Positions 1-9,022 of a stretch of 53,401 nt of DNA are shown piece after piece. Numbering within the stretch: position 1 is the first letter of the stretch; the number at the start of each line of letters is the position of its first letter. The position numbers and the translations under genes were made by a program. Under the pieces are notes generated by a model, which was not told the DNA's origin, ran no database searches, and worked only from the letters and a program-made list of their open reading frames with translations. Source of the stretch: Pseudomonadota bacterium (GTDB lineage Bacteria; Bdellovibrionota_G; JALEGL01; DATDPG01); assembly GCA_043809315.1 (NCBI GenBank), contig JAZDDX010000022.1, forward strand, positions 1 to 53,401, read 5' to 3'.

Positions 1-1
1 C

Positions 2-1162
2 CCCGAAAACGGGGGCCAGAATGTCGGTCAACGAAACCCGCAGACCGCCACCGACGCCATTGTGTGCGGCCGAACGGCTGATGCCGTTCGCGTCCCGGTA
101 GATCAATCCGAGATCGTGAAAGATCAGGCCGAAGATGGAGAACTTCTTCCGGTGGAAGAGCGGCGTCAACAGATCCTGTCGCGCCGCGATTTCCGTATCC
201 CCGCGGAACTGTCGGTCGTTGTACCCCCGGAGGGAAGAACCCCCGAGCGTGAAATCCCGGTGGAACGGGAGGGTCGTATCCCCGATTCCGGCATTCACTC
301 GGAGAACGTGATTCAGCCAACGCCGGAAGGACTGGGCATGGACCCACTCCAGCTCTTCGATGTGATACGTGTAATCAGATCCGAACCGCTCCTCGGCCAC
401 TTCGTACAACAACCGGATCCGGTCCCCGTTCAGGAACGCCTCACGACGACGGAGCGAATCAAATACAAACTCGGAGGCCAGCGAGACGTCATTCCCTTTC
501 TTCCCCGTCCGGGGGTCAACCGTCGACGAACCGGTGTCGAGCCGCCGGTAGGTGAACGCCATCGACGTCCGGATAGAGGAGGTCCATTGGTAGCCGGGGA
601 TCACCGAGATCGTGGCATCCCTGGCTCGAATGCGGTCGATCTCCTTCATGCCATCGTAGAGAGGAATCTCGTCGTCCCGCGCCATCACCCAGGTGCGGAC
701 GGCGAAATCGGAATCGAAGACGTTCTTGGCGTCGAAGACGCCGAAGAACCGGTTCAGATGATTCCCCCCTTGCACCGCCAGGAGCGTCCGCGCGTTCGAC
801 GCGAACAGGTTGCTCTCCCCGAATGCCGCGCCGCCAGAGTAGCTTCCGCTCCAGGCCTGGAAAATCGGGAAGGCGAACCAGAGTTGCTTCTCGACGACCA
901 CCACTCGCAGATCGCAGCTGCCGTCGCGGTTGTTGACCGGCGTCACGCGGACGGTTTTGAACAGACCCGAACTCACCAGCCGGTCGTCCACCTCGCGAAC
1001 CAACCCCTGGTTGACGTACGACTGCGGCTCCACGGCGATGATGGTCAAGATCGTGGATCGTTCGGTCTTCTCGTTCCCGAAGACAACGATCGAGCGGAGC
1101 GGTCCCCACGCCCAGGCGGGCTCGAGCAGGAAGATCAGTAGGAGGAAGACGAGCTTGCGCAG
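2..1162 (-). CDS. Omp85 (BamA/TamA-family) outer-membrane protein with one N-terminal POTRA domain; 3' end runs off the window; probable CTG start
   Basis: Not in the ORF track (no stop inside the window). Manual translation gives (M)RKLVFLLLIFLLEPAWA signal peptide, POTRA-like IVVFGNEKTERSTIL...RLVSSGLFKTV, FGESNLF, the Omp85 motif LGGSSLRGYNDRQFRGD and GVGGGLRV near the edge. TAAGGAG lies 5 nt upstream of CTG 1162. Confidence 0.85.
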   Translation of the reverse strand, partial: MRKLVFLLLIFLLEPAWAWGPLRSIVVFGNEKTERSTILTIIAVEPQSYVNQGLVREVDDRLVSSGLFKTVRVTPVNNRDGSCDLRVVVVEKQLWFAFPIFQAWSGSYSGGAAFGESNLFASNARTLLAVQGGNHLNRFFGVFDAKNVFDSDFAVRTWVMARDDEIPLYDGMKEIDRIRARDATISVIPGYQWTSSIRTSMAFTYRRLDTGSSTVDPRTGKKGNDVSLASEFVFDSLRRREAFLNGDRIRLLYEVAEERFGSDYTYHIEELEWVHAQSFRRWLNHVLRVNAGIGDTTLPFHRDFTLGGSSLRGYNDRQFRGDTEIAARQDLLTPLFHRKKFSIFGLIFHDLGLIYRDANGISRSAAHNGVGGGLRVSLTDILAPVFG

Positions 1163-1171
1163 AGGGTCTCC

Positions 1172-1546
1172 TTACAGCACCGTCTCCAGACGGCGTTTGA
1201 GGATTTCGACGATCCCCCGATCGAACCCGATCGGCTCCCCGACATTGAACCGGAGTGCGGGGTATTTCGCTCTTTCGACGGCCAGACTGTTCTCGATGTC
1301 CCGCGTGACGTGGCCGCTCCGGAACAGGAAGAACGGAACCACCACGATCCGCTCGACCCCCTCGTTCACGCATTTTGCGACCACGGTCGGGATACTCGGC
1401 TCGATGAATTCCCGGAGACACGGTTCCACGTGCATCTGGGTCGCCTCGGCCAGGGCTTTCGCATACTCAAAAACCGGCTTGGACGCTTCCGGTTCACGTG
1501 TGCCGTGCGCCAGCAACATCACGACCGTCTTCGGCTGCTTCTCCAT
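1172..1546 (-). CDS. cbiX: Small CbiX/SirB-family sirohydrochlorin chelatase
   Basis: AHGTR...EPSIP...VVPFFLFRSGHVTRDI motifs; 124 aa single-domain form. Confidence 0.8.
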   Translation of the reverse strand: MEKQPKTVVMLLAHGTREPEASKPVFEYAKALAEATQMHVEPCLREFIEPSIPTVVAKCVNEGVERIVVVPFFLFRSGHVTRDIENSLAVERAKYPALRFNVGEPIGFDRGIVEILKRRLETVL

Positions 1547-2024
1547 AGGAAACCTTCCCGCCCTTCATTGAAACCGTACCACGTTGGCGAAGCGCTTCAA
1601 AGAGAGCGATCCCGACCGCCGTCGACAGGTTGAGGCTGCGAACGGGACCCGGCGTCGGGATCCGGACGAGACGCCCCGCAAACCTCTTCTTCATACCCTT
1701 CGACAGCCCCGCGGTCTCGCTACCGAACACCAGGACCGAACCATCCGGATAATCGACGTCCCAAAAACTCTTTTTTCCGAAACGGGAGAAGAGAAAGACC
1801 GGTCCCTTCATCAACGGAGCGCGGAGAAGCTCCCGAAGCGATTTGTGAATGGTCAGACGAAGGTCACTCCAATAATCGAGCCCGGCCCGCCTCAGGAACT
1901 TGTCGTCGAGCGTGAACCCCAACGGTTCGACCAGGTGGAGTTCGGCCCCCGCGCCAACGCAGGTCCGGCCGATGTTCCCGGTGTTCCAGGGGATCTCCGG
2001 ATGGACCAGAACGACATGGATCAT
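1494..2024 (-). CDS. trmL: tRNA (cytidine/uridine(34)-2'-O)-methyltransferase, SPOUT family
   Basis: PEIPWNTGNIGRTC, LRRAGLDYW, FGSETAGL and RSLNLS motifs. Confidence 0.93.
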   Translation of the reverse strand: MIHVVLVHPEIPWNTGNIGRTCVGAGAELHLVEPLGFTLDDKFLRRAGLDYWSDLRLTIHKSLRELLRAPLMKGPVFLFSRFGKKSFWDVDYPDGSVLVFGSETAGLSKGMKKRFAGRLVRIPTPGPVRSLNLSTAVGIALFEALRQRGTVSMKGGKVSYGEAAEDGRDVAGARHT

Positions 2025-2052
2025 GCGGGGAGTCTATTATATGCTCCCGTCG
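2025..2052. promoter_or_regulatory. Back-to-back -10 elements serving leaderless trmL and orn
   Basis: Minus strand: TAGACT (2036-2031), 6 nt, ATG 2024. Plus strand: TATGCT (2040-2045), 7 nt, GTG 2053. No Shine-Dalgarno at normal spacing on either side. Confidence 0.6.
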
Positions 2053-2589
2053 GTGAGCGAGAATTCCCGAGCCCAAAGAATGTTCTGGCTGGATCTGGAG
2101 ATGACCGGCCTCGACGAGAAGAACTGCAGGATCCTGGAAGTCGCCGCGGTGGTCACCGACCTGGACTTAAACCCCATCGAGGAATTGAACCGCGTCGTCC
2201 GGCAGCCTTCCGAACTCCTCGCCGCGATGGACGAGTGGTGCAAGAAGACGCACGGCGCGAGCGGTCTGACCGCCGAGGTTTCCAACGGAGTGGAACTCTC
2301 CGTCGTCGAATCGGAGATGGTCGCGCTCGGGAAGAAGTATTTCGGGGCGGAGAAGATCGTTCTCTGCGGGAACTCGATCAGCCAGGACCGCAGGTTTGTC
2401 GATGCCTATCTTCCGGAGTTCGCGAAGTTGCTCCACTACCGGCTAATCGACATCTCGTCGTTCAAAGAGGTTTACCGGAACAAGTACGGCATCGAGTTCG
2501 TGAAGAAAGACACGCACCGCGCCCGGGCCGACATCCTCGAGTCGATCGCCGAGCTGAAACACTACCTTTCGTTCGTTCGGCTCAGCTGA
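2053..2589 (+). CDS. orn: Oligoribonuclease (DEDDh exonuclease)
   Basis: WLDLEMTGLD, MDEWCKKTHGASGL, LCGNSISQDRRF and HRARADILESI motifs. Start chosen at GTG 2053 (MSENSRAQRMFW); ATG 2041 is an alternative. Confidence 0.93.
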   Translation: MSENSRAQRMFWLDLEMTGLDEKNCRILEVAAVVTDLDLNPIEELNRVVRQPSELLAAMDEWCKKTHGASGLTAEVSNGVELSVVESEMVALGKKYFGAEKIVLCGNSISQDRRFVDAYLPEFAKLLHYRLIDISSFKEVYRNKYGIEFVKKDTHRARADILESIAELKHYLSFVRLS

Positions 2590-3032
2590 CCGAGAAGTTC
2601 CGAAGCGGTCCGGCCCAGGACCGGGTGGACCCAGGCGGGGGCCAGTTCCGTGAGCGGCTCCATCACGAACCGCCGCTCGTGCATCCGGGGATGCGGAACC
2701 TGAAGCACCGGCTGATCGAGGACCAGATCATCGTACGAGAGAAGATCGAGATCGATCCTCCGGGCCGTCCCTGGCTTTTTTCGGATCCTTCCTATCTCCG
2801 CCTCGACGGAGAGGAGCTGCCCCATCAACTCGATCGCCGCAGACGAAGTCTCGATCTCCGCCACGGCATTCAAGAAATCGGGCTGCCGGCCGGTGACGCC
2901 GACCGGTTCGGTCTCGTGGAGCGAGGAGACCCGGAGGACGCGGGCGAACGAGCGGAGTTTGCGGACCGACTGGCGGACGAACGCCGCACGATCGCCGAGG
3001 TTGCTCCCGATCCCGATGAATGCACGCGCCAC
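2562..3032 (-). CDS. folK: 2-amino-4-hydroxy-6-hydroxymethyldihydropteridine diphosphokinase
   Basis: IGIGSNLGDR, QPDFLNAV, RRIDLDLL and VPHPRMHERRFV motifs. Confidence 0.95.
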   Translation of the reverse strand: MARAFIGIGSNLGDRAAFVRQSVRKLRSFARVLRVSSLHETEPVGVTGRQPDFLNAVAEIETSSAAIELMGQLLSVEAEIGRIRKKPGTARRIDLDLLSYDDLVLDQPVLQVPHPRMHERRFVMEPLTELAPAWVHPVLGRTASELLGQLSRTNER

Positions 3033-3053
3033 GGGTAAAAATCCTATCCGATC

Positions 3054-3803
3054 TTATTTTTCCGCCCGAACCCAGCCGGCGAGGAGTTTCATCTGAGGTT
3101 CGGCAAGCCGGGCCAGCGACCCGCCGGTTTGTCGAAGCGCCGAGCGGATCAGGGAAGGACGGCTCAGGAATAGCGACAACGTCTTTCCGAGCCGGAGGTG
3201 CCCGAAACCGTCGATGATTCTCGTGAACTCGTGCGGGAGAACCTGATCGGCCGGATCGAGAACGGCGCGGACGACGGCCCAAGGGATCTTCCGTTCCTGA
3301 CAGACTCTCCCCCAGACGCCCGCCTCCATGTCGACCGCTTCCGCATCGGTCGCGGCATAGAGCGCGGCTTTTTCCGCGGGAGACTCGATCACCTGATCGA
3401 CCGTGATCAGGTTCCGCCAGGCGGATGCCTCCGAGCGAGCGGCCAACGCCATCCGCAACCACTCCGTTGGGGTCAGGGACATCTTTTCGAACAACACTTG
3501 GGTGGGAATGACGAGGTCCCCTCTCTTCCCGCTCTTCGCAAGCCCTCCGGCGAATCCAAAACCAACGACGGACGAGATTTCTCCCGAATCGTCGAGCGCC
3601 TGCTCGAGGCCGACCCGAGAAAGCCCCGGTCCGATTCCAGTCACGGCCAGCAGAAAGGGGAGATTCCGGTCCCCCTCCCAACGGTAATAACGCGCCTCCC
3701 GGGCCCAACGCCCTTTCCCCCCGGGACCCCAGTGTCCGATAAAGAGTCCCGCTTCCCGGACCGTGGCGGCTACCAGAAGCGGTTTTCTACGATCGTCCTT
3801 CAC
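3054..3803 (-). CDS. Nucleoside phosphorylase/nucleosidase superfamily protein (PNP_UDP_1; HpnG/MTAN-like)
   Basis: TGIGP, GFGFAGGL, GDLVI, AVDMEA and VVRAVLDPA motifs. Confidence 0.75.
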   Translation of the reverse strand: MKDDRRKPLLVAATVREAGLFIGHWGPGGKGRWAREARYYRWEGDRNLPFLLAVTGIGPGLSRVGLEQALDDSGEISSVVGFGFAGGLAKSGKRGDLVIPTQVLFEKMSLTPTEWLRMALAARSEASAWRNLITVDQVIESPAEKAALYAATDAEAVDMEAGVWGRVCQERKIPWAVVRAVLDPADQVLPHEFTRIIDGFGHLRLGKTLSLFLSRPSLIRSALRQTGGSLARLAEPQMKLLAGWVRAEK

Positions 3804-3992
3804 GCTTCGCGACTATATCCCCTCTTCGAAGGATGGCTAGGAATTAGGTCCAGCGTCGACAGTATCTTACGTACAATCACCACATTTGCAGATTATTATT
3901 GAACTAAATGGGTAAGAACATCCAAATCAACAGTAAATTCGTGATCAATTTCCCACTTTTCACCAAACCCGCCAGGAACGCGGCGGAACGGC

Positions 3993-4316
3993 TCACGAAA
4001 ACGGAACGTAAATCCGTCGCTCACGCGCCCAAGAGAGGATCTCCAGATTTAACCTCTTGAAATGTTTGCCATGATCCATATGTTTGAGATGAGCCATCTC
4101 ATGGCAAAGCGTGTTGACAAGGCTCCAATATTTGAAAAATCGGCCATCGCGAAGCTTGTAGAGACGAAGACGGATCACGTGATCCTCGTCGCAGCTCCCA
4201 AAGCGGTCCCGAGCATCAGGATATTCCGTCGTGATGTCTAAGTACTTTAATTTAAAGTGTTTCGCGATCCTCCTGGCATCGCGCCGAATCTTGGCTAGGA
4301 GTCGATTTTCGCTCAT
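3993..4316 (-). CDS. Minimal zinc metallopeptidase, WLM (Wss1-like)/YgjP-type domain
   Basis: HExxH plus downstream His residues in TLCHEMAHLKHMDHGKHF, preceded by EYP...FG...IRLRL...F..YWSLVNTL; 107 aa, very basic. Confidence 0.7.
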   Translation of the reverse strand: MSENRLLAKIRRDARRIAKHFKLKYLDITTEYPDARDRFGSCDEDHVIRLRLYKLRDGRFFKYWSLVNTLCHEMAHLKHMDHGKHFKRLNLEILSWARERRIYVPFS

Positions 4317-4402
4317 AACCCCGTCCTACATCCTTTCAATTCCAGAATATAACGACGAATGGGGGCTGGGAAGGGGGGGGTCTCAACCCATCAGAACCAC
4401 GG

Positions 4403-4472
4403 AAAAATCGCGCAAAACCTGGAAAACGCGTCAAAATGATACAAAAACTTGTTGTCGTGGTACTGTCGCGCC
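4403..4472 (+). promoter_or_regulatory. Extended -10 leaderless promoter preceded by five phased A-tracts
   Basis: A4-5 tracts start at 4403, 4414, 4423, 4433 and 4443. TGG-TACTGT (4458-4466) is followed by 6 nt and ATG 4473. Confidence 0.55.
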
Positions 4473-4751
4473 ATGAGTCTCGATACCAGTCCGAAAAAAT
4501 TTGCGGAGGATGTTTCCGAGGGTCTTCAGATGATCAACCGGGCAACCCTCAAGAAATATACGCCCGTAGAGCTTCAGAAAATCCTGTTCGGGCTGGAAAC
4601 GGTGACAAAAGAGATCCGCTCACGCCCGGTGGATGCCAGCGATTACGATGGCTTGAAGAAAAAGGGGATGCAGTCGCAGCGGATCAACAGCGCAATGCTC
4701 GTGATTCGGGCTTGGATGAAAGAACTGCGGACGAACGCCCTGCTTCGGTGA
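4473..4751 (+). CDS. Hypothetical helical protein, 92 aa
   Basis: MSLDTSPKKFAEDVSEG...; natural-looking composition, promoter directly upstream, stops 1 nt from the rplC stop. Confidence 0.7.
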   Translation: MSLDTSPKKFAEDVSEGLQMINRATLKKYTPVELQKILFGLETVTKEIRSRPVDASDYDGLKKKGMQSQRINSAMLVIRAWMKELRTNALLR

Positions 4752-4752
4752 A

Positions 4753-5394
4753 TCAGCTGCCGAAAACCGTCGGGTGAATCTCGACGACGCTGTTCGTAGC
4801 TCCGGGAAGATTGCCGGAGATCAACATGCAGTTCTGCTCCTCGAGAAAGCGGACGATCTTCAGGTTCTGCGTGGTAACCCGCTCGTCGCCGTAATGGCCG
4901 CACATTTTCTTCCCCTTATGGACGTTTCCCGGCCAGGTACGAGTCCCGATCGAGCCGCCGTGACGGAAGAACTCGTGCGTTCCGTGCGTCCGCCGGTTCC
5001 CCTTCATCCCCCAGCGTTTCACGACGCCCGTGAAGCCGTGTCCCTTGGTCTTTCCCGCAACGTCGACGATCTGGCCGACCTTGAACACCTGGGAAAAGGT
5101 GATCTCCTGCCCTTCCTCGAACTTCCCGAGCTCCTCGCTCTTTACACGGAATTCGCGGATGAACCGGCGCGAGGTCGCCTTCACGCGAGCGAAGTCTCCC
5201 TTGGTCGCTTTATCCGTCCGTTTTTCTTTTTTCGCGCCGAACGCGAGCTTGAAGGCGCAGTACCCGTCTTTTTCGACCGTCTTCTTCTGCAGGACGAGAC
5301 AAGGTCCCACTTCGACGAGAGTCACCGCATGGCGACCTTGTTCGTCGTTCAGTTGTGTCATTCCGAGCTTCCGGCCCAATAATCCAAGCGACAT
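4753..5394 (-). CDS. rplC: 50S ribosomal protein L3
   Basis: GLLGRKLGMTQ, TKGHGFTGVVKRW, GSIG...PG.V.KGKKM.GH.G and VTTQNL motifs; GGAG SD upstream. Confidence 0.96.
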   Translation of the reverse strand: MSLGLLGRKLGMTQLNDEQGRHAVTLVEVGPCLVLQKKTVEKDGYCAFKLAFGAKKEKRTDKATKGDFARVKATSRRFIREFRVKSEELGKFEEGQEITFSQVFKVGQIVDVAGKTKGHGFTGVVKRWGMKGNRRTHGTHEFFRHGGSIGTRTWPGNVHKGKKMCGHYGDERVTTQNLKIVRFLEEQNCMLISGNLPGATNSVVEIHPTVFGS

Positions 5395-5523
5395 AGTATT
5401 TTCTCCGGGTGAAAAGGCGCTGGTTAGTACACCGAACCCCCTGTGAAAGCAAGCCTTTAGCCGTTCGGAGGCAAAATCGCGCCACTCACCGCATTTCTAA
5501 GCTAACGCAGTGAATACAGCCAC

Positions 5524-7517
<1,994 letters not shown>

Positions 7518-7521
<4 letters not shown>

Positions 7522-8916
7522 GGTTTCTGGAGGCGCCAGGTCGTTCCGTCGGCGCCGTCTTCCAGAATCACACCGAGAACTTGGAGTTCGGCCCGGATCT
7601 TGTCCCCGGTCGCATAATCTTTCTGACGGCGGGCCTCGTGGCGCTTCGCAATTAAGCTCTCCACTTTGAAGTGGTCCACATTGGAGACCCCAGGGTGGCG
7701 AGTGAAGAATTTTCCTGGTTCCTCGTGGAGGAGGCCGAGGAGATTTCCGAATTTGACGATCTGGCCGCGGAGAGCGATCGCCTCTTCGAGTGTCTCGTTC
7801 TTGTACCCCAGGCGATTCGCTTCTTTGACGGCATCGAACAGAACGGCCAGCGCTTTGGGGGCGTTGAAATCGTCGTCCATCGCCGCTTCGAACCGCTCGG
7901 CGACCTGCATCTTCGGCGTCGCCCGGGTCACCCGGTCGGGGATCGCGAGGAGAACCCGGTAGATGCGGTCGAGGCCGCGGGCCGCCTCTTCGACCGCGAC
8001 ATCGGAGAAATCGAACGGGGCGCGGTAGTGCGTCGCCAGCAGATAAACCTTGAGCGCCTCCGGATGGAATCGGCCGAGGAGGTCTTTGAGGGAGACGGTG
8101 TTCCCGAGCGACTTCGACATCTTCTGCTTGTCGATGTTCACGAAGCCGTTGTGGAGCCAGTATTTCACGAACGGTTTTTCGCTGGCCCCTTCGCTCTGGG
8201 CGATCTCGTTCTCGTGGTGCGGGAAGATCAGGTCACGCCCCCCCCGCATGGAGATCGATCGACTCGCCGAGAAATTTCTTCGTCATGGCGGAGCATTCGA
8301 TGTGCCATGCCGGTCGGCCCGGTCCCCAGGGGGACGGCCACGACGGCTCTCCCTGCTTGGCCCCTTTCCAGAGGGCGAAATCGAGCGGGTCCTGCTTCTT
8401 CTCGCTCGGGTCGACACGGGCTCCCGCCTTCAGTTCCTTCGGGTCCCGCTTCGAAAGCTTCCCGTAATCCGCCATCTTAGAAACGGAGAAGTAGACGTCG
8501 TTTCCGGAGACATACCCCTTGCCGTTCCGGATGAGCGTCTCCACAAGCGCGATGATCTCGGGGATCGTCTCCGATGCTTTCGGCTCGATGTCGGGGCGGA
8601 GCAGGCCGAGCGCGTCCATGTCGGCGTGGAACGAGTCGGCGTACGTCGCGGCCACTTCCTGAAACGGCCGCTTCTCCTCGTTCGACTTCTTGATGATCTT
8701 GTCGTCGATGTCGGTGATGTTCCGGACGTACTTGACGCCGTAGCCGCGGGACCGGAGATACCGGACGATGACGTCGTACGAAACGTACGCCCGGCCGTGG
8801 CCGATGTGGGCGTGGTCGTAGACGGTCGGACCGCAGACGTACATCGTGACGTTCTTCGGATCGGCCGGCTCGAACGTTTCTTCCCGGTCGGTCAGCGTGT
8901 TGAACAGCCGGATCAC
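7518..8916 (-). CDS. cysS: Cysteine--tRNA ligase, split by one extra G in a G8 run (8238-8245)
   Basis: N-half has [31 protein letters not shown] and [13 protein letters not shown]-half has [10 protein letters not shown] and KMSKSLGN. Removing one G restores [20 protein letters not shown] start at 8916. Confidence 0.93.
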
Positions 8917-8932
8917 CGCGCGGATGTTACCA
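8917..8932 (-). promoter_or_regulatory. Extended -10 promoter, leaderless cysS
   Basis: TGG-TAACAT (8932-8924), 7 nt, GTG 8916; no SD. Confidence 0.55.
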
Positions 8933-8983
8933 CGTAATTCGGGGACACACGACTGGACCCGATCTGTCGGCGACGCCCCCATC

Positions 8984-9012
8984 TTGACCCGCCTATGTTC
9001 CTCCCATAGAAA
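8984..9012 (+). promoter_or_regulatory. Sigma70-like promoter of uvrD
   Basis: TTGACC (8984-8989), 17 nt, TAGAAA (9007-9012), 10 nt, ATG 9023. The -10 lacks the final T. Confidence 0.35.
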
Positions 9013-9022
9013 CAAGACGCTG

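Noticed and set aside
62-1141. 359-aa plus-strand ORF, and other long antisense ORFs such as 1584-3038, 6091-7617, 17102-18655 and 20608-22302
   Set aside because: Shadow ORFs opposite well-supported genes in GC-rich DNA; no motifs and skewed Arg/Pro/Gly composition.
1172-3803. cbiX as a cobalamin operon, or the nucleosidase as hopanoid hpnG
   Set aside because: No other cob/cbi or hpn genes in the window; only superfamily-level calls are supportable.
4361-4380. G-rich run GGGGGCTGGGAAGGGGGGGG as G-quadruplex or phase-variable tract
   Set aside because: Single short occurrence in a GC-rich genome; no supporting evidence.
8993-9009. CTATG-N7-CATAG palindrome at uvrD as an SOS box
   Set aside because: Only 5-bp arms, and not found upstream of recN, alkD or cysS-uvrB.
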